Of a DNA stretch of 64,000 bases, positions 51,787 through 61,700 are shown in pieces. A program made the translations under genes and the position numbers. Origin of the DNA: an uncultured Gammaproteobacteria bacterium (GTDB lineage Bacteria > Pseudomonadota > Gammaproteobacteria > CAVYTG01); contig CAVYTG010000001.1 of NCBI GenBank assembly GCA_963771515.1, positions 19,091 through 83,090 of the forward strand. The letters run 5' to 3'. Positions within the stretch are counted from its first letter, which is position 1. Each line of letters starts with the position of its first letter. The notes under the pieces are model-generated. The model was not told the origin of the DNA. It saw only the letters and a program-made list of their open reading frames with translations, and did not search any database.

Positions 51787-52951
51787 TTATCAAAGACGGC
51801 TAACCTTGGCTTATGATCGCTGGCTGTTGTTTAGCGCACTGACTTTGTTATGCATAGGGTTGGTTATGGTCACGTCTTCTTCCATGGTCATTTCAGATTG
51901 GCGCTACCATCATGTTTTTCATTTTTTCTGGCGACAACTTTTTTACCTTATGATTGGCGCTTTTGGGGCCTGGCTTGTTTTGCAAGTCAGGATTTCGAGC
52001 TGGTATCGCTGGGGACCCTACCTTTTATTAATGAGTCTGGTTTTACTTTTTCTGGTGTTAATTCCTGGCGTGGGACACACCGTTAATGGGAGCCGACGAT
52101 GGCTAAAGGTTGGCTTTTTTTCTTTTCAGCCTTCTGAGTTGGCAAAGTTGTCGATTATTCTATATCTTGCAGGATACCTTGTCCGAAGAGAGGGTGAGGT
52201 TCGATCCAAGGTGAGTGGGTTTCTGAAACCGATGTCATTGCTCACCATCATGGTAGGAGCTCTCTTGTTGGAGCCCGATTTTGGGGCTTCTTTGGTCATT
52301 ATGCTTACTGTACTTGGCATGATGTTTCTAGGAGGAGTGCGTTTGTGGCAGTTTGGCGTGCTGTTGGGTATCGCCGTTGTGATGCTGACGTTTCTAGCAG
52401 TTTCTGCGCCTTATCGATTAGAGCGTTTGACTAGCTTCATTCATCCCTGGGCAGATCAATTTGGGAGTGGTTACCAGCTAACCCAATCTTTGATGGCATT
52501 TGGGCGAGGAGGCATACTTGGGGTGGGGTTAGGTAACAGTGTTCAAAAGCAGTTTTATTTACCAGAAGCACATACCGATTTTTTATTTGCTGTGATCGCT
52601 GAGGAGCTAGGGTTAATAGGTCAGTTGACAGTTTTGTTATTGTTTATATTTTTAGTTGGGCGAACGTTGATGTTGGGGCAGGAAGCGACTAAGTTAGGAA
52701 AACCCTTTGAAGCCTATTTGGCTTATGGAATCGCCATTTATTTTGCTTTGCAAGCTATGATTAATATGGGTGTGAATTTAGGAATGCTACCTACCAAGGG
52801 ATTAACTTTACCTTTGATGAGCTATGGGGGAAGCAGTATTTTGGTGAACTGTGTCGCTGTGAGTATATTATTGCGAATATCAATGGAAGTTAGGGTAGAT
52901 CAACCCCAGGGGCGGCAGAGGAATGTTCGGATTAAAAAGGGAAAGCGTTGA
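51779..52951 (+). CDS. ftsW: Peptidoglycan polymerase FtsW
   Basis: GSRRW, QPSELAK, LEPDFG, LPEAHTDF, KGLTLPLMSYGGSS. Confidence 0.96.
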   Translation: MSNYQRRLTLAYDRWLLFSALTLLCIGLVMVTSSSMVISDWRYHHVFHFFWRQLFYLMIGAFGAWLVLQVRISSWYRWGPYLLLMSLVLLFLVLIPGVGHTVNGSRRWLKVGFFSFQPSELAKLSIILYLAGYLVRREGEVRSKVSGFLKPMSLLTIMVGALLLEPDFGASLVIMLTVLGMMFLGGVRLWQFGVLLGIAVVMLTFLAVSAPYRLERLTSFIHPWADQFGSGYQLTQSLMAFGRGGILGVGLGNSVQKQFYLPEAHTDFLFAVIAEELGLIGQLTVLLLFIFLVGRTLMLGQEATKLGKPFEAYLAYGIAIYFALQAMINMGVNLGMLPTKGLTLPLMSYGGSSILVNCVAVSILLRISMEVRVDQPQGRQRNVRIKKGKR

Positions 52952-52952
52952 T

Positions 52953-52981
52953 TGAAATGTAAACGTACCCTAGGGTGTGTT
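52953..52981. repeat. Family A right-end/left-end junction between ftsW and murC
   Basis: TGAAATGTAAACGTACCC-TA-GGGTGTGTT. Confidence 0.7.
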
Positions 52982-52992
52982 AGGAGATAAAT

Positions 52993-54456
52993 GTGAAAAA
53001 AACAATCCATACCAAGTTGGATGAGGTGCTACAAACGGCATTAACAAAGTCGGCATTTAAGTTAAAACAAGAAGATGCGATCCATTTTATAGGGATTGGC
53101 GGGGTTGGCATGAGTGGCATTGCCGAAGTGTTGTTGAATAAAGGCTTTAAAGTTTCTGGCTCTGACATGATGCAAAGTAAAACGACTGAGCGTTTGGAGG
53201 ATTTGGGGGCGGATATTTTTTACGGGCATCGATCAGAAAATATTGGAAAAGCTCAATTGGTTGTGACTTCGACTGCGATTAAAGCGGATAACCCTGAACT
53301 CATTGAAGCAAAGCAGCGGGGTTTATTCATTTTGAAGCGCGCCCAAATGTTAGGGCAACTGATGCACTCCTATTATGGTATTGCCATTTCGGGCACACAT
53401 GGCAAAACGACAACAACCAGCCTGGTTTCTTCAGTATTAACTCAAGGCGGCTTAGATCCTACCTTTGTGATTGGCGGTATTTTACATAGCATTGGCGGAA
53501 ATGCCCGGTTAGGGGAAGGTCCTTATTTTGTAGTGGAAGCGGATGAAAGTGATGCTTCTTTCCTGTATTTGCCTTCTCCCAACATCATTGTGGTCACCAA
53601 TATTGATGCGGATCATATGGAAACTTATGGTGGGGATTTTGATCGTCTGTGTCAAACCTTTCTTCAGTTTTTGCACCGCCTGCCTGAGGATGGATTGGCA
53701 GTATTGTGTATAGATGACCCGGTCATTGCTCGCTTGATTGATCAGATAGAACGACCCATATTAACCTATGGTTTTAATTCCAAGGCTGTTATCCAAGGGT
53801 TAGATTTTAAACAAAATGGCATGAAGAGCTATTTTAAAGTCAAGAGGAAAGGGGATTCGGATGAGCTTAGCTTGATGGCGAATTTACAAGGCAAACATAA
53901 TGCCCTGAATTCGCTTGCAGTGGTTGGGGTAGCAACCTATTTGGGTGTTTCAGATGAAGCGATTGCTGAAGCTTTGAAGCAGTTTCAAGGTGTTGGAAGG
54001 CGTTTTCAGACCTATGGCGAAATCCCAATGCCAAAAGGTTCAGTTATGTTGGTTGATGATTATGGACATCATCCAAAGGAAGTAGAGTCCACAATTTCAG
54101 CTGCCAGAGATATTTGGCCAACACGTCGTTTGGTCTTGGTTTTCCAACCTCACCGCTATACTCGGACAGCTGATTTGATGTCAGAGTTTTCCACTGTCCT
54201 GTCTAAAGTAGATCAGCTATTACTGTTACCCGTATATTCAGCAGGAGAAGCCCCGATTCCAGGGGCAGAAAGCGCAGACTTATATCGTTTAATGCGTAAC
54301 CAGGGTTTTCAACATGCAAGGCATGTAGAGGGGATGCAGCATTTGCATCAGGTGCTACCTGAAGTTTTAGAGGGAGGGGATGTCTTATTAGTACAGGGTG
54401 CAGGGAGTGTTGGGCAGTTAGCGCATGATCTGGTTTGGAAAAAAGCGCAAGATTAA
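52993..54456 (+). CDS. murC: UDP-MurNAc:L-Ala ligase
   Basis: IHFIGIGGVGMSG, GTHGKTTTT, VEADESD, DDYGHHP, FQPHRYTRT. Confidence 0.97.
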   Translation: MKKTIHTKLDEVLQTALTKSAFKLKQEDAIHFIGIGGVGMSGIAEVLLNKGFKVSGSDMMQSKTTERLEDLGADIFYGHRSENIGKAQLVVTSTAIKADNPELIEAKQRGLFILKRAQMLGQLMHSYYGIAISGTHGKTTTTSLVSSVLTQGGLDPTFVIGGILHSIGGNARLGEGPYFVVEADESDASFLYLPSPNIIVVTNIDADHMETYGGDFDRLCQTFLQFLHRLPEDGLAVLCIDDPVIARLIDQIERPILTYGFNSKAVIQGLDFKQNGMKSYFKVKRKGDSDELSLMANLQGKHNALNSLAVVGVATYLGVSDEAIAEALKQFQGVGRRFQTYGEIPMPKGSVMLVDDYGHHPKEVESTISAARDIWPTRRLVLVFQPHRYTRTADLMSEFSTVLSKVDQLLLLPVYSAGEAPIPGAESADLYRLMRNQGFQHARHVEGMQHLHQVLPEVLEGGDVLLVQGAGSVGQLAHDLVWKKAQD

Positions 54457-54479
54457 GGAGTTTAAGTGTTAGTTACTCC

Positions 54480-55916
54480 ATGAAACTCAAAAAATATTCT
54501 CAAAAGTTTTTTCTATTTCTGATTGGCTGCATATATTCTGTTAGCTTGATGGCTGCTAATTCCAACAATTTAACTCAAAAAATGGATCAATTGTTAAAGC
54601 CTCTGGACAAGACTATTAGTTTAGGAATTATGGTGAAAAATGCAAAAACCGGACAATTAATTTATTCAAAAAATATAGACCGTTATTTTCTTCCTGCTAG
54701 CAATCTTAAAATGTTAACAGCTTTAGCGGCGCTTTATTATTTAGGTCCTGAGTTTACTTATCAGACTGAACTTTTTGCAGACATTAAAAAGCTTCAAGAT
54801 GACACTTTACATGATACTGTTTATCTGAAATTTTCTGGAGATCCTACCCTCACTTTTGAAAAAATTAATCATCTAATGAAAAGATTATCATTAGCAGGTG
54901 TTCGAAAAATCGAAAATGGAGTCGTAGTTGATGACAGGTTATTTGATTACATCGCCATGAGTCCTGGTACAGTGTGGGATGATCAGAATGATTGCTATGG
55001 GGCACCATTAAGCGCTTTGATTATAGATCGAAATTGTGTAATAGCTAAATTAAAACCTGCATCGGGAGATAATCAGCTTGCTCAAATGGAATTACCTCAA
55101 TATCCGCAATTTATTAAATTTGAAAACGAAGTGCTTACTGATCATGAAACAGAAAAAAAGTGTGAAGTTGATGTCAAACCTAAAGACACTTCAACGTATA
55201 CAATATCTGGATGTATAAAACATGACGTGTCGGAACAAAAAATTGAAATGGCTGTCCATAACCCTCAAGCTTATTTTAAGCAAATCCTATCCTACTTATT
55301 GAATAAGTATCATATTGAAAATCCAATGGGTGTTAAATTTCAAAAAATGGAAGCTTTACCTCAAAAACCATTAGCGATTGAATATTCGGTACCGTTGAAG
55401 AATATAGTTGCCACTTTGTTAAAAGAGTCAGACAACATGATTGCCAATGCTTTATTTAAAACCATGGGAAAGCGGTATACTCAACAAGATGTAGGAACAT
55501 GGGAAAATGGTAAAATTGCACTACAAGCAATTCTATCTGAGATGAAGCTAGATTTTTCAAAAGCACGGATTGTAGATGGTTCTGGTCTTTCCAGATACAA
55601 CTATCTAACTCCCAGGCAGTTGATGTCTTTAATTAAAATCGCCTTCTCTTCCAAAGAATTTCATTCATTTTATAGTGCTTTACCCATTTCTGGTGTTGAC
55701 GGTACGCTTAAGGATCGGATGAAAGGTATTACCTTTAAAAAGGTTCATGCTAAAACAGGAAGAATGAGTGGAGTATCTGCCCTATCTGGATACCTCAAGA
55801 CTCGAAAAAATCAAGCACTAATGTTTGTTATTTTGATAAATGGTTTTGTAGGTGATCTTAAGCACTATGAAAATTTTGAAGATAAAATTTGTGAACTACT
55901 TATTGAATCAGGTTAG
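54480..55916 (+). CDS. dacB: D-Ala-D-Ala carboxypeptidase/endopeptidase (PBP4, S13)
   Basis: PASNLKM (SxxK), ESDN (SxN), AKTG (KTG), DGSGLSRYN; signal/anchor peptide after ATG 54480. Confidence 0.93.
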   Translation: MKLKKYSQKFFLFLIGCIYSVSLMAANSNNLTQKMDQLLKPLDKTISLGIMVKNAKTGQLIYSKNIDRYFLPASNLKMLTALAALYYLGPEFTYQTELFADIKKLQDDTLHDTVYLKFSGDPTLTFEKINHLMKRLSLAGVRKIENGVVVDDRLFDYIAMSPGTVWDDQNDCYGAPLSALIIDRNCVIAKLKPASGDNQLAQMELPQYPQFIKFENEVLTDHETEKKCEVDVKPKDTSTYTISGCIKHDVSEQKIEMAVHNPQAYFKQILSYLLNKYHIENPMGVKFQKMEALPQKPLAIEYSVPLKNIVATLLKESDNMIANALFKTMGKRYTQQDVGTWENGKIALQAILSEMKLDFSKARIVDGSGLSRYNYLTPRQLMSLIKIAFSSKEFHSFYSALPISGVDGTLKDRMKGITFKKVHAKTGRMSGVSALSGYLKTRKNQALMFVILINGFVGDLKHYENFEDKICELLIESG

Positions 55917-55922
55917 AAATGA

Positions 55923-56060
55923 CGTAGTCAAGCAAAAAAAGTACTTTTACTTGCAACGAAATTTACCTTGGAAGATGGTTTTTTCGTAGAAAAATTGAAA
56001 GAAAAGAACATCCACGTCATGATTCCAGACTTATTGGAACGCAATAAAATTCAACGATGA
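55923..56060 (+). pseudogene. Internal fragment of an aspartate/amino-acid racemase (YgeA/RacX-like)
   Basis: RSQAKKVLLLATKFTLEDGFFVEKLKEKNIHVMIPDLLERNKIQR* resembles the family segment KVGLLGTxxTM...F...L...IP; no start codon and no N- or C-terminal remainder. Confidence 0.6.
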
Positions 56061-56211
56061 GATTTGGTACCAACAAGCTGCCACTATTTGAATTCTTCAG
56101 ACGCGACTAGCTGTATATAATTTTACATTGGGCAGGCTGAACAGTAATTATTGGTTTAAAATTAAATTAGGACCTGTTTTAGGCGTGTCATAAGGACAGC
56201 AATGGATATCT

Positions 56212-58596
56212 ATGGAAAAGTTAAATGCTCTAAAGAAAAAAGATCTACGTCGTTGTGTTGATGTAACGCAGCTACATTTCAAAACCACGGATGAGCTTGA
56301 ACCACTCACAGAATTTTTCGGACAAGCGCGAGCATTCGAAGCAGCTTCTTTTGGGTCTGGGATTCAGGCAAAGGGATATAACCTGTTTGCTGTCGGTATT
56401 TCAGGAACAGGGAAGCGCGCTATTATACAGTCTATTTTGGAGAAAAAAGCGATAACAAAGCCCATTCCAGCAGATTGGTGTTATGTTTTCAATTTTGAAT
56501 CTCCTCAAAAGCCGATAACCTTGCAATTGCCCTCTGGTTTAGGACGTATATTTCAAGAAGATATGCGTGTGTTACTGGTTGATCTCAAAGCAGCCATTCC
56601 TGGAATTTTTGAAACGGAAGAATTTCGCACCCGAATGCAGAAAATCAATGAAGAAATCAGTTTTAAACAGGAAAGCTTTTTCAAAAATATTACAAAGGAA
56701 GCGAAAGAGAAAGGTTTGTTGATTCTTTCAACACATGAAGGATTCTCCGTGATGCCGCTGGATGAAAAGAATGATGTTATGACACAAGAAGTGTTTGACC
56801 AGCTTTCTGAGAAAGAGAAAAAAGAAAAGCAGGCGTTGATTGTTTCCTTTACTCAGCGATTGGCAGATTTTATCAAGCAAGTGCCTGGTTTACAAAAGAA
56901 GCGAATTGATCAAGAAAAGAAGATATTGAAAGAATTTACCTTGATTGCGGTTGGGCAATCAATGAATGATTTAAAAAGAAAATATAAACATTATTCTGAA
57001 ATTTTATCCTACCTGGAAGCCGTAGAGCAGGATGTGATTTTAAATGTAAAAGATTTCATCAAGAAAGAAGAAAGTCAGAGTGTTCCTTTTATCAGCCCTG
57101 AAATGCCTTCCTTTACACGCTATCAAGTCAACTTGTTAGTGAATCACGAGGAAACGACAAGCGCCCCTATTGTTTTTGAAGAAAATCCCACGTACTCAAA
57201 CTTAATTTGCCGCCTGGACCATGAAGCTCATTTTGGTGCCTTACTCACCGATTTCACATTGATTAAACCTGGCGCTTTGCATCAAGCGAATGGGGGATAT
57301 TTGATCATAGATGCACGAAAGCTGCTGACGCAACCTTATGCTTGGGATGGTTTGAAGCGAGCGTTGTTTGATCGTCAAATCAAGATAGAGCCAGTAGAAA
57401 ATCTGGTGGGCATATTTAGGACGACTTCATTAGAGCCTTCTCCTATCCCACTTGATATTAAAGTCGTTTTGACTGGAGATTCATTTATTTTTAATCTGCT
57501 TCATGCGTGGGATTCCGATTTTTCTAAATTATTTAAGGTGAAAGTAGAGTTTCAGGACCGAGTAGATTGGAGTCAGGAGAATCTGCATTTATATGCCAAA
57601 TTTATGGCTGCTATTATACAGAAGGAAAAAATGCTTCCTTTTCATCGTTCCGCAGTTGCTGCATTGATTGAGTATAGTAGCCGGATTTCAGGGGATGCTG
57701 AAAAGTTATCGATACGGGTAAGTAACATACAAGATCTGCTTCATGAGGCAAGTTATTGGGCAAAACATGCGAATAAAAATTGGGTGGGAGAAAAAGAAGT
57801 AGAACAGGCAGTCCAGGCACAAATCAGAAGGCTAGATAGGGTTCGGGAGGATTATTATGAGCAAATTCAGCGAGATATCATTTTTATTGATACCCAAGGT
57901 GAAATAGTGGGCCAGGTAAATGGCTTGGCTGTGGTGGAATCAGGCAACTTTTCTTTCGGTTATCCGACTCGAATTACTGCCAACGTTCGAATGGGAAATG
58001 GAGAAGTAGTAGATATTCAAAGAGAAGTTAAACTTTCAGGACCCATTCATTCCAAAGGCGTATTAATTCTATCCAGCTTTCTTGCCGGGCGTTATAGTAG
58101 AGACCAAACATTTTCTTTATCAGCCAGCATTGCATTTGAACAAACGTATGGATTAATAGAGGGGGATAGTGCATCCGTTGCGGAATTATGTGCTTTACTT
58201 TCTGCCATTGCTGAAATTCCCATTAAACAAGAGTTTGCAGTGACAGGGTCTGTGAATCAGCATGGAGAAGTGCAGCCAGTGGGCGGCGTGAACGAAAAGA
58301 TTGAGGGGTTTTTTGATATTTGTAAATCTAGAGGACTGAGTGGAAAGCAAGGTGTTTTAATTCCTGCCGCGAATGTACACCATTTGATGTTACGAAAGGA
58401 TGTGGTTAAGGCCGTTGCTTCCAAGAAATTTTCAGTCTATCCCATTGAAAATGTGGATCAAGCCATTGTGCTGTTGATGGGGACCAAAGCAGGTAAAAAG
58501 ACAGTAAAAGGATGGTCTCCAAAACTTTGTTTCAATGCTCAGGTAGAAAAATGTCTACAGAAATTTTCTAAAAAGCAGAAGCAGTCAAAAAAATGA
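56212..58596 (+). CDS. Lon-like ATP-dependent protease (S16, LonB/YcbZ-type)
   Basis: GQARA, ADWCYVFNF, GALHQANGGYL, GQVNGL, HSKG, EGDSAS (catalytic Ser), TGSVNQ, EKIEGF (Lys). Confidence 0.9.
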   Translation: MEKLNALKKKDLRRCVDVTQLHFKTTDELEPLTEFFGQARAFEAASFGSGIQAKGYNLFAVGISGTGKRAIIQSILEKKAITKPIPADWCYVFNFESPQKPITLQLPSGLGRIFQEDMRVLLVDLKAAIPGIFETEEFRTRMQKINEEISFKQESFFKNITKEAKEKGLLILSTHEGFSVMPLDEKNDVMTQEVFDQLSEKEKKEKQALIVSFTQRLADFIKQVPGLQKKRIDQEKKILKEFTLIAVGQSMNDLKRKYKHYSEILSYLEAVEQDVILNVKDFIKKEESQSVPFISPEMPSFTRYQVNLLVNHEETTSAPIVFEENPTYSNLICRLDHEAHFGALLTDFTLIKPGALHQANGGYLIIDARKLLTQPYAWDGLKRALFDRQIKIEPVENLVGIFRTTSLEPSPIPLDIKVVLTGDSFIFNLLHAWDSDFSKLFKVKVEFQDRVDWSQENLHLYAKFMAAIIQKEKMLPFHRSAVAALIEYSSRISGDAEKLSIRVSNIQDLLHEASYWAKHANKNWVGEKEVEQAVQAQIRRLDRVREDYYEQIQRDIIFIDTQGEIVGQVNGLAVVESGNFSFGYPTRITANVRMGNGEVVDIQREVKLSGPIHSKGVLILSSFLAGRYSRDQTFSLSASIAFEQTYGLIEGDSASVAELCALLSAIAEIPIKQEFAVTGSVNQHGEVQPVGGVNEKIEGFFDICKSRGLSGKQGVLIPAANVHHLMLRKDVVKAVASKKFSVYPIENVDQAIVLLMGTKAGKKTVKGWSPKLCFNAQVEKCLQKFSKKQKQSKK

Positions 58597-58603
58597 TGTT
58601 TTT

Positions 58604-58723
58604 TAGGGCGTATCATCAATTAATTTTTTAAGTTCAAAATGTGGGTAATGGAGGCAAATTTAGAAAAAATTTGCCTCCATATTCTCTTTTCTCGTTCGAA
58701 AAAATCTTTAGGGACGTTGCCTA
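58604..58723. repeat. Composite repeat: family A left end, internally deleted core hairpin and TAGGGACGTTGCCTA motif
   Basis: TAGGGCGTATCATCAATT (58604-58621); ATGGAGGCAAATTT-AGAAA-AAATTTGCCTCCAT (58648-58680); TAGGGACGTTGCCTA (58709-58723). Confidence 0.8.
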
Positions 58724-58782
58724 GTACTCTCATTTTAGCGGTCATGATACACTGACACCCAAAACCTAAAAGGCGAAAAAAT

Positions 58783-61700
58783 ATGCAATTTTTTCCTGAG
58801 ACTCAACCCATTGAAACCGAAGAAGGTTTAGTTGAACAAGTCCGATTTTTTACCGGCAGCGGCGCCAGTGCCCATTTTTATTATTTCATGTTGGATAAAT
58901 ACGGTGAACGCTGGATAGCCAAGGGTGAACTGCATGATCCAAGCGCTCGTCGCATCAGTCCGCTGAGTGAAGTTCAACACAATATGGCAAAAGAGCTGAT
59001 AGCCAACGCCCTTTATGCCCGATTGGGCGTGCCCGTTGCGCGCATTCAAATGGCTATGGTACCCGTGCATGTCAATCCGACAATGCCTTTTTGGCAAGAG
59101 TTGGCAGAAGAAATTGGTATCACACACACACCGGCCATTCTCACCCGATTTTTAGATCACTTTCAGGAATATCCTTACTTACCTGAATTTTATGAATCCA
59201 ACGGTGATAGTTTGACCTTGGAAATTGATAACCAATGGGTGGTTGAGGCAGGTTTAGGTCGTGCACTGGCAGTATCTCAGTGGCTCAATGATATTGATGT
59301 CATCGGAGGGAGTGGAGGCAATATGGGTTATCGACTCCGACAGCATCCCAATAGTGAGACAGGGGCGTTATTGGTTGAGACCTGCAAAATTGATCCGGGG
59401 TACGCCTTTTTTGATTTTGAAAAAGAAAACACAGCACAGATTGAAAGAGAGGCTACCCTTCAACTAGCCACGATGGGAGAAATGGAACGTATCCAGACCC
59501 ACTGGACACAATGGCCACAACAAACGCAAGCGGAATATTGGGAAACCATGGCAGCGATTGTCACTTTGCCCCTTGATGAGATAGAGACGCTTTTTAACGA
59601 AACTGATCCTGAGGGTCATTATCAAGACCGCGCCTTGTGCTTGGAACGGTTAGCAAGCCGGCAAGCCAGTTTACGTGAACATCTTGCCCATTATGAGACG
59701 GAGATTCACCCCAAACCTCAAATGTCTATTGCACTGCCTCCCTTGCCTCAAGGCAAAACGCAATCCCTGTCAGATCGCCTGGAACGACAAAACCAGTGGA
59801 TGTTGCAACGCCCCAGTGTGCAACAAGCCTTTCATTTTTATTTAACACCCAGCGTCATGACCACCGATCGAGACCCAGAAGCACCTCGGTATGATTGTGG
59901 TGAGAAAATCATGGATTTTTTAACGAATCCTCAATATCGTGCCCTACTCTTGTTGGGTAAAAGTGGGGCAGGCAAATCCATTGAAACCTATCGCTTAATT
60001 GAGCGAGCCACTGAGCTGGGTTTTATGCCGCTGCGTATTGAACTCAAGCGGTTTTCAAGTACTACTGTCTCTCACTGCATACTCAACACGTTGCAAGATG
60101 ACTTTCAACTTTCCCTGACCCAGATTGAAGAGGTGAAAGAGGCACCCTTGTTATTTATCCTCGATGGATTTGACGAAATCCAGGGGCGTGCCCAACCTAA
60201 CCTGTATGACACCCACCAACTGGGTGAGTGGGTCAACAGTAAGGTGATGACTACCTGTCGAAGCCAATACTATACGTATGAAATGAAGCCGTGTTTTATC
60301 CCAGCAGGTCAAGCACAAGCGTTACAGCTTTGGCACATAGCGCCAGTGAATGAGATGGAGCAAACAGACTATATCCTAGCCCATCATGAGCAACTTGACA
60401 GCCAGGCTTGTCTTGCTTACCTGGAAGAAAACCCAAAAGCCAGGGAGTTGCTGGATACTCCCCTGATGCTCAAACTTTTTGTGGATGCCTATCCTATTTT
60501 GCAACGTGAGACTGAAAACGACTCGACCCTTCGTTTTACCCGCTATCGTTTATATGAAGCCTTTTTAACCACCTGGACACAGCACCAGGTTGTTCGTACC
60601 ATTCAGCAACTGGGGCATTATGAAGATCTTACCGATCGTTTCCAAAGCTTTTCGGAAGTGCTTGCCTTTACCATGTACGCTCATGCCAAAGATGCGATTG
60701 AATATCAAGAAGACAGTACCCTGATTCAACGCGAAGAAGATGTCTTGTGGTCACGTTTTTTCACGGATCGAGACCCGGATGTGGTCAAGCTTCGGCTGGG
60801 TTGTCCCTTAACGCGAACAGGCAATACCTACAGTTTTTTACACAAATCCTTTGCTGATCATTTGGTCGCAAGGCGACTGTGGAAAAGCTTGGAGGAGCAT
60901 GTGCCGATTGAAGCGTGCTTAACCTTGTGGAACGTTCGTTTTTTAGTGGATGAGCGCGCGATATTGGAAATTTTTTCGGAAAATATTGTCACACTTCTCA
61001 ATTACCATCCCATCATCGAGCGCTTGTATGAACTGGTACTGAGTAGCCGAGGTGAACCTGCCCATGCTAAAGCCAGCAGCAATGCCATCAGTGTGTTGAA
61101 TGTAAATCAAGCGCTGTGCCGATTGATAGGAAGAGACTTCTCAGGTATTCATGCACCTCGAGCGGATTTGTCGTTTAGTAACTGCACAGGAACTGATTTC
61201 ACCGGTGCGGATTTATCAGGATCACACCTTGAGGCGGCTACCTTTATCCAAACGAATTTCACACGAGCTAAACTTTATGGAGTGTTTTTGGGAGAATATC
61301 CGCCGATTTTGGCTGACGGTTACGTGAACTGTGTCGCCTACTCTCCCGATGGAAGTTTATTGGCGATAGCGGCGGGTAATAAGATTCAACTGATTGCTGT
61401 AGAAAGTGGTCGTTGTGAGCAGGTGCTTGATGGGCACCCGGATCTGGTTAGAAGTATCACGTTTAGCCCGAGTGGCGAGTGCCTGGCATCAGGAGGTATG
61501 GATAAGACGATCCGCCTGTGGGATGTTGCCAGTGGACGTTGTGAGCAGGTGCTTGATGGGCACACGAAGTATGTTGCTAGTGTCACGTTTAGCCCGAATG
61601 GCAAGCATCTGGCTTCAGGAAGTACTGATCAGACGATCCGCCTGTGGGATATTGCCAGTGGGCGTTGTGAGCAGGTGCTTCAGGGGCACACGGAGCAGGT

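Noticed and set aside
56168-56191. TAGGACCTGTT and TAGGCGTGTCAT as further family A ends upstream of the Lon-like gene
   Set aside because: Too short and degenerate to distinguish from chance without a genome-wide model.
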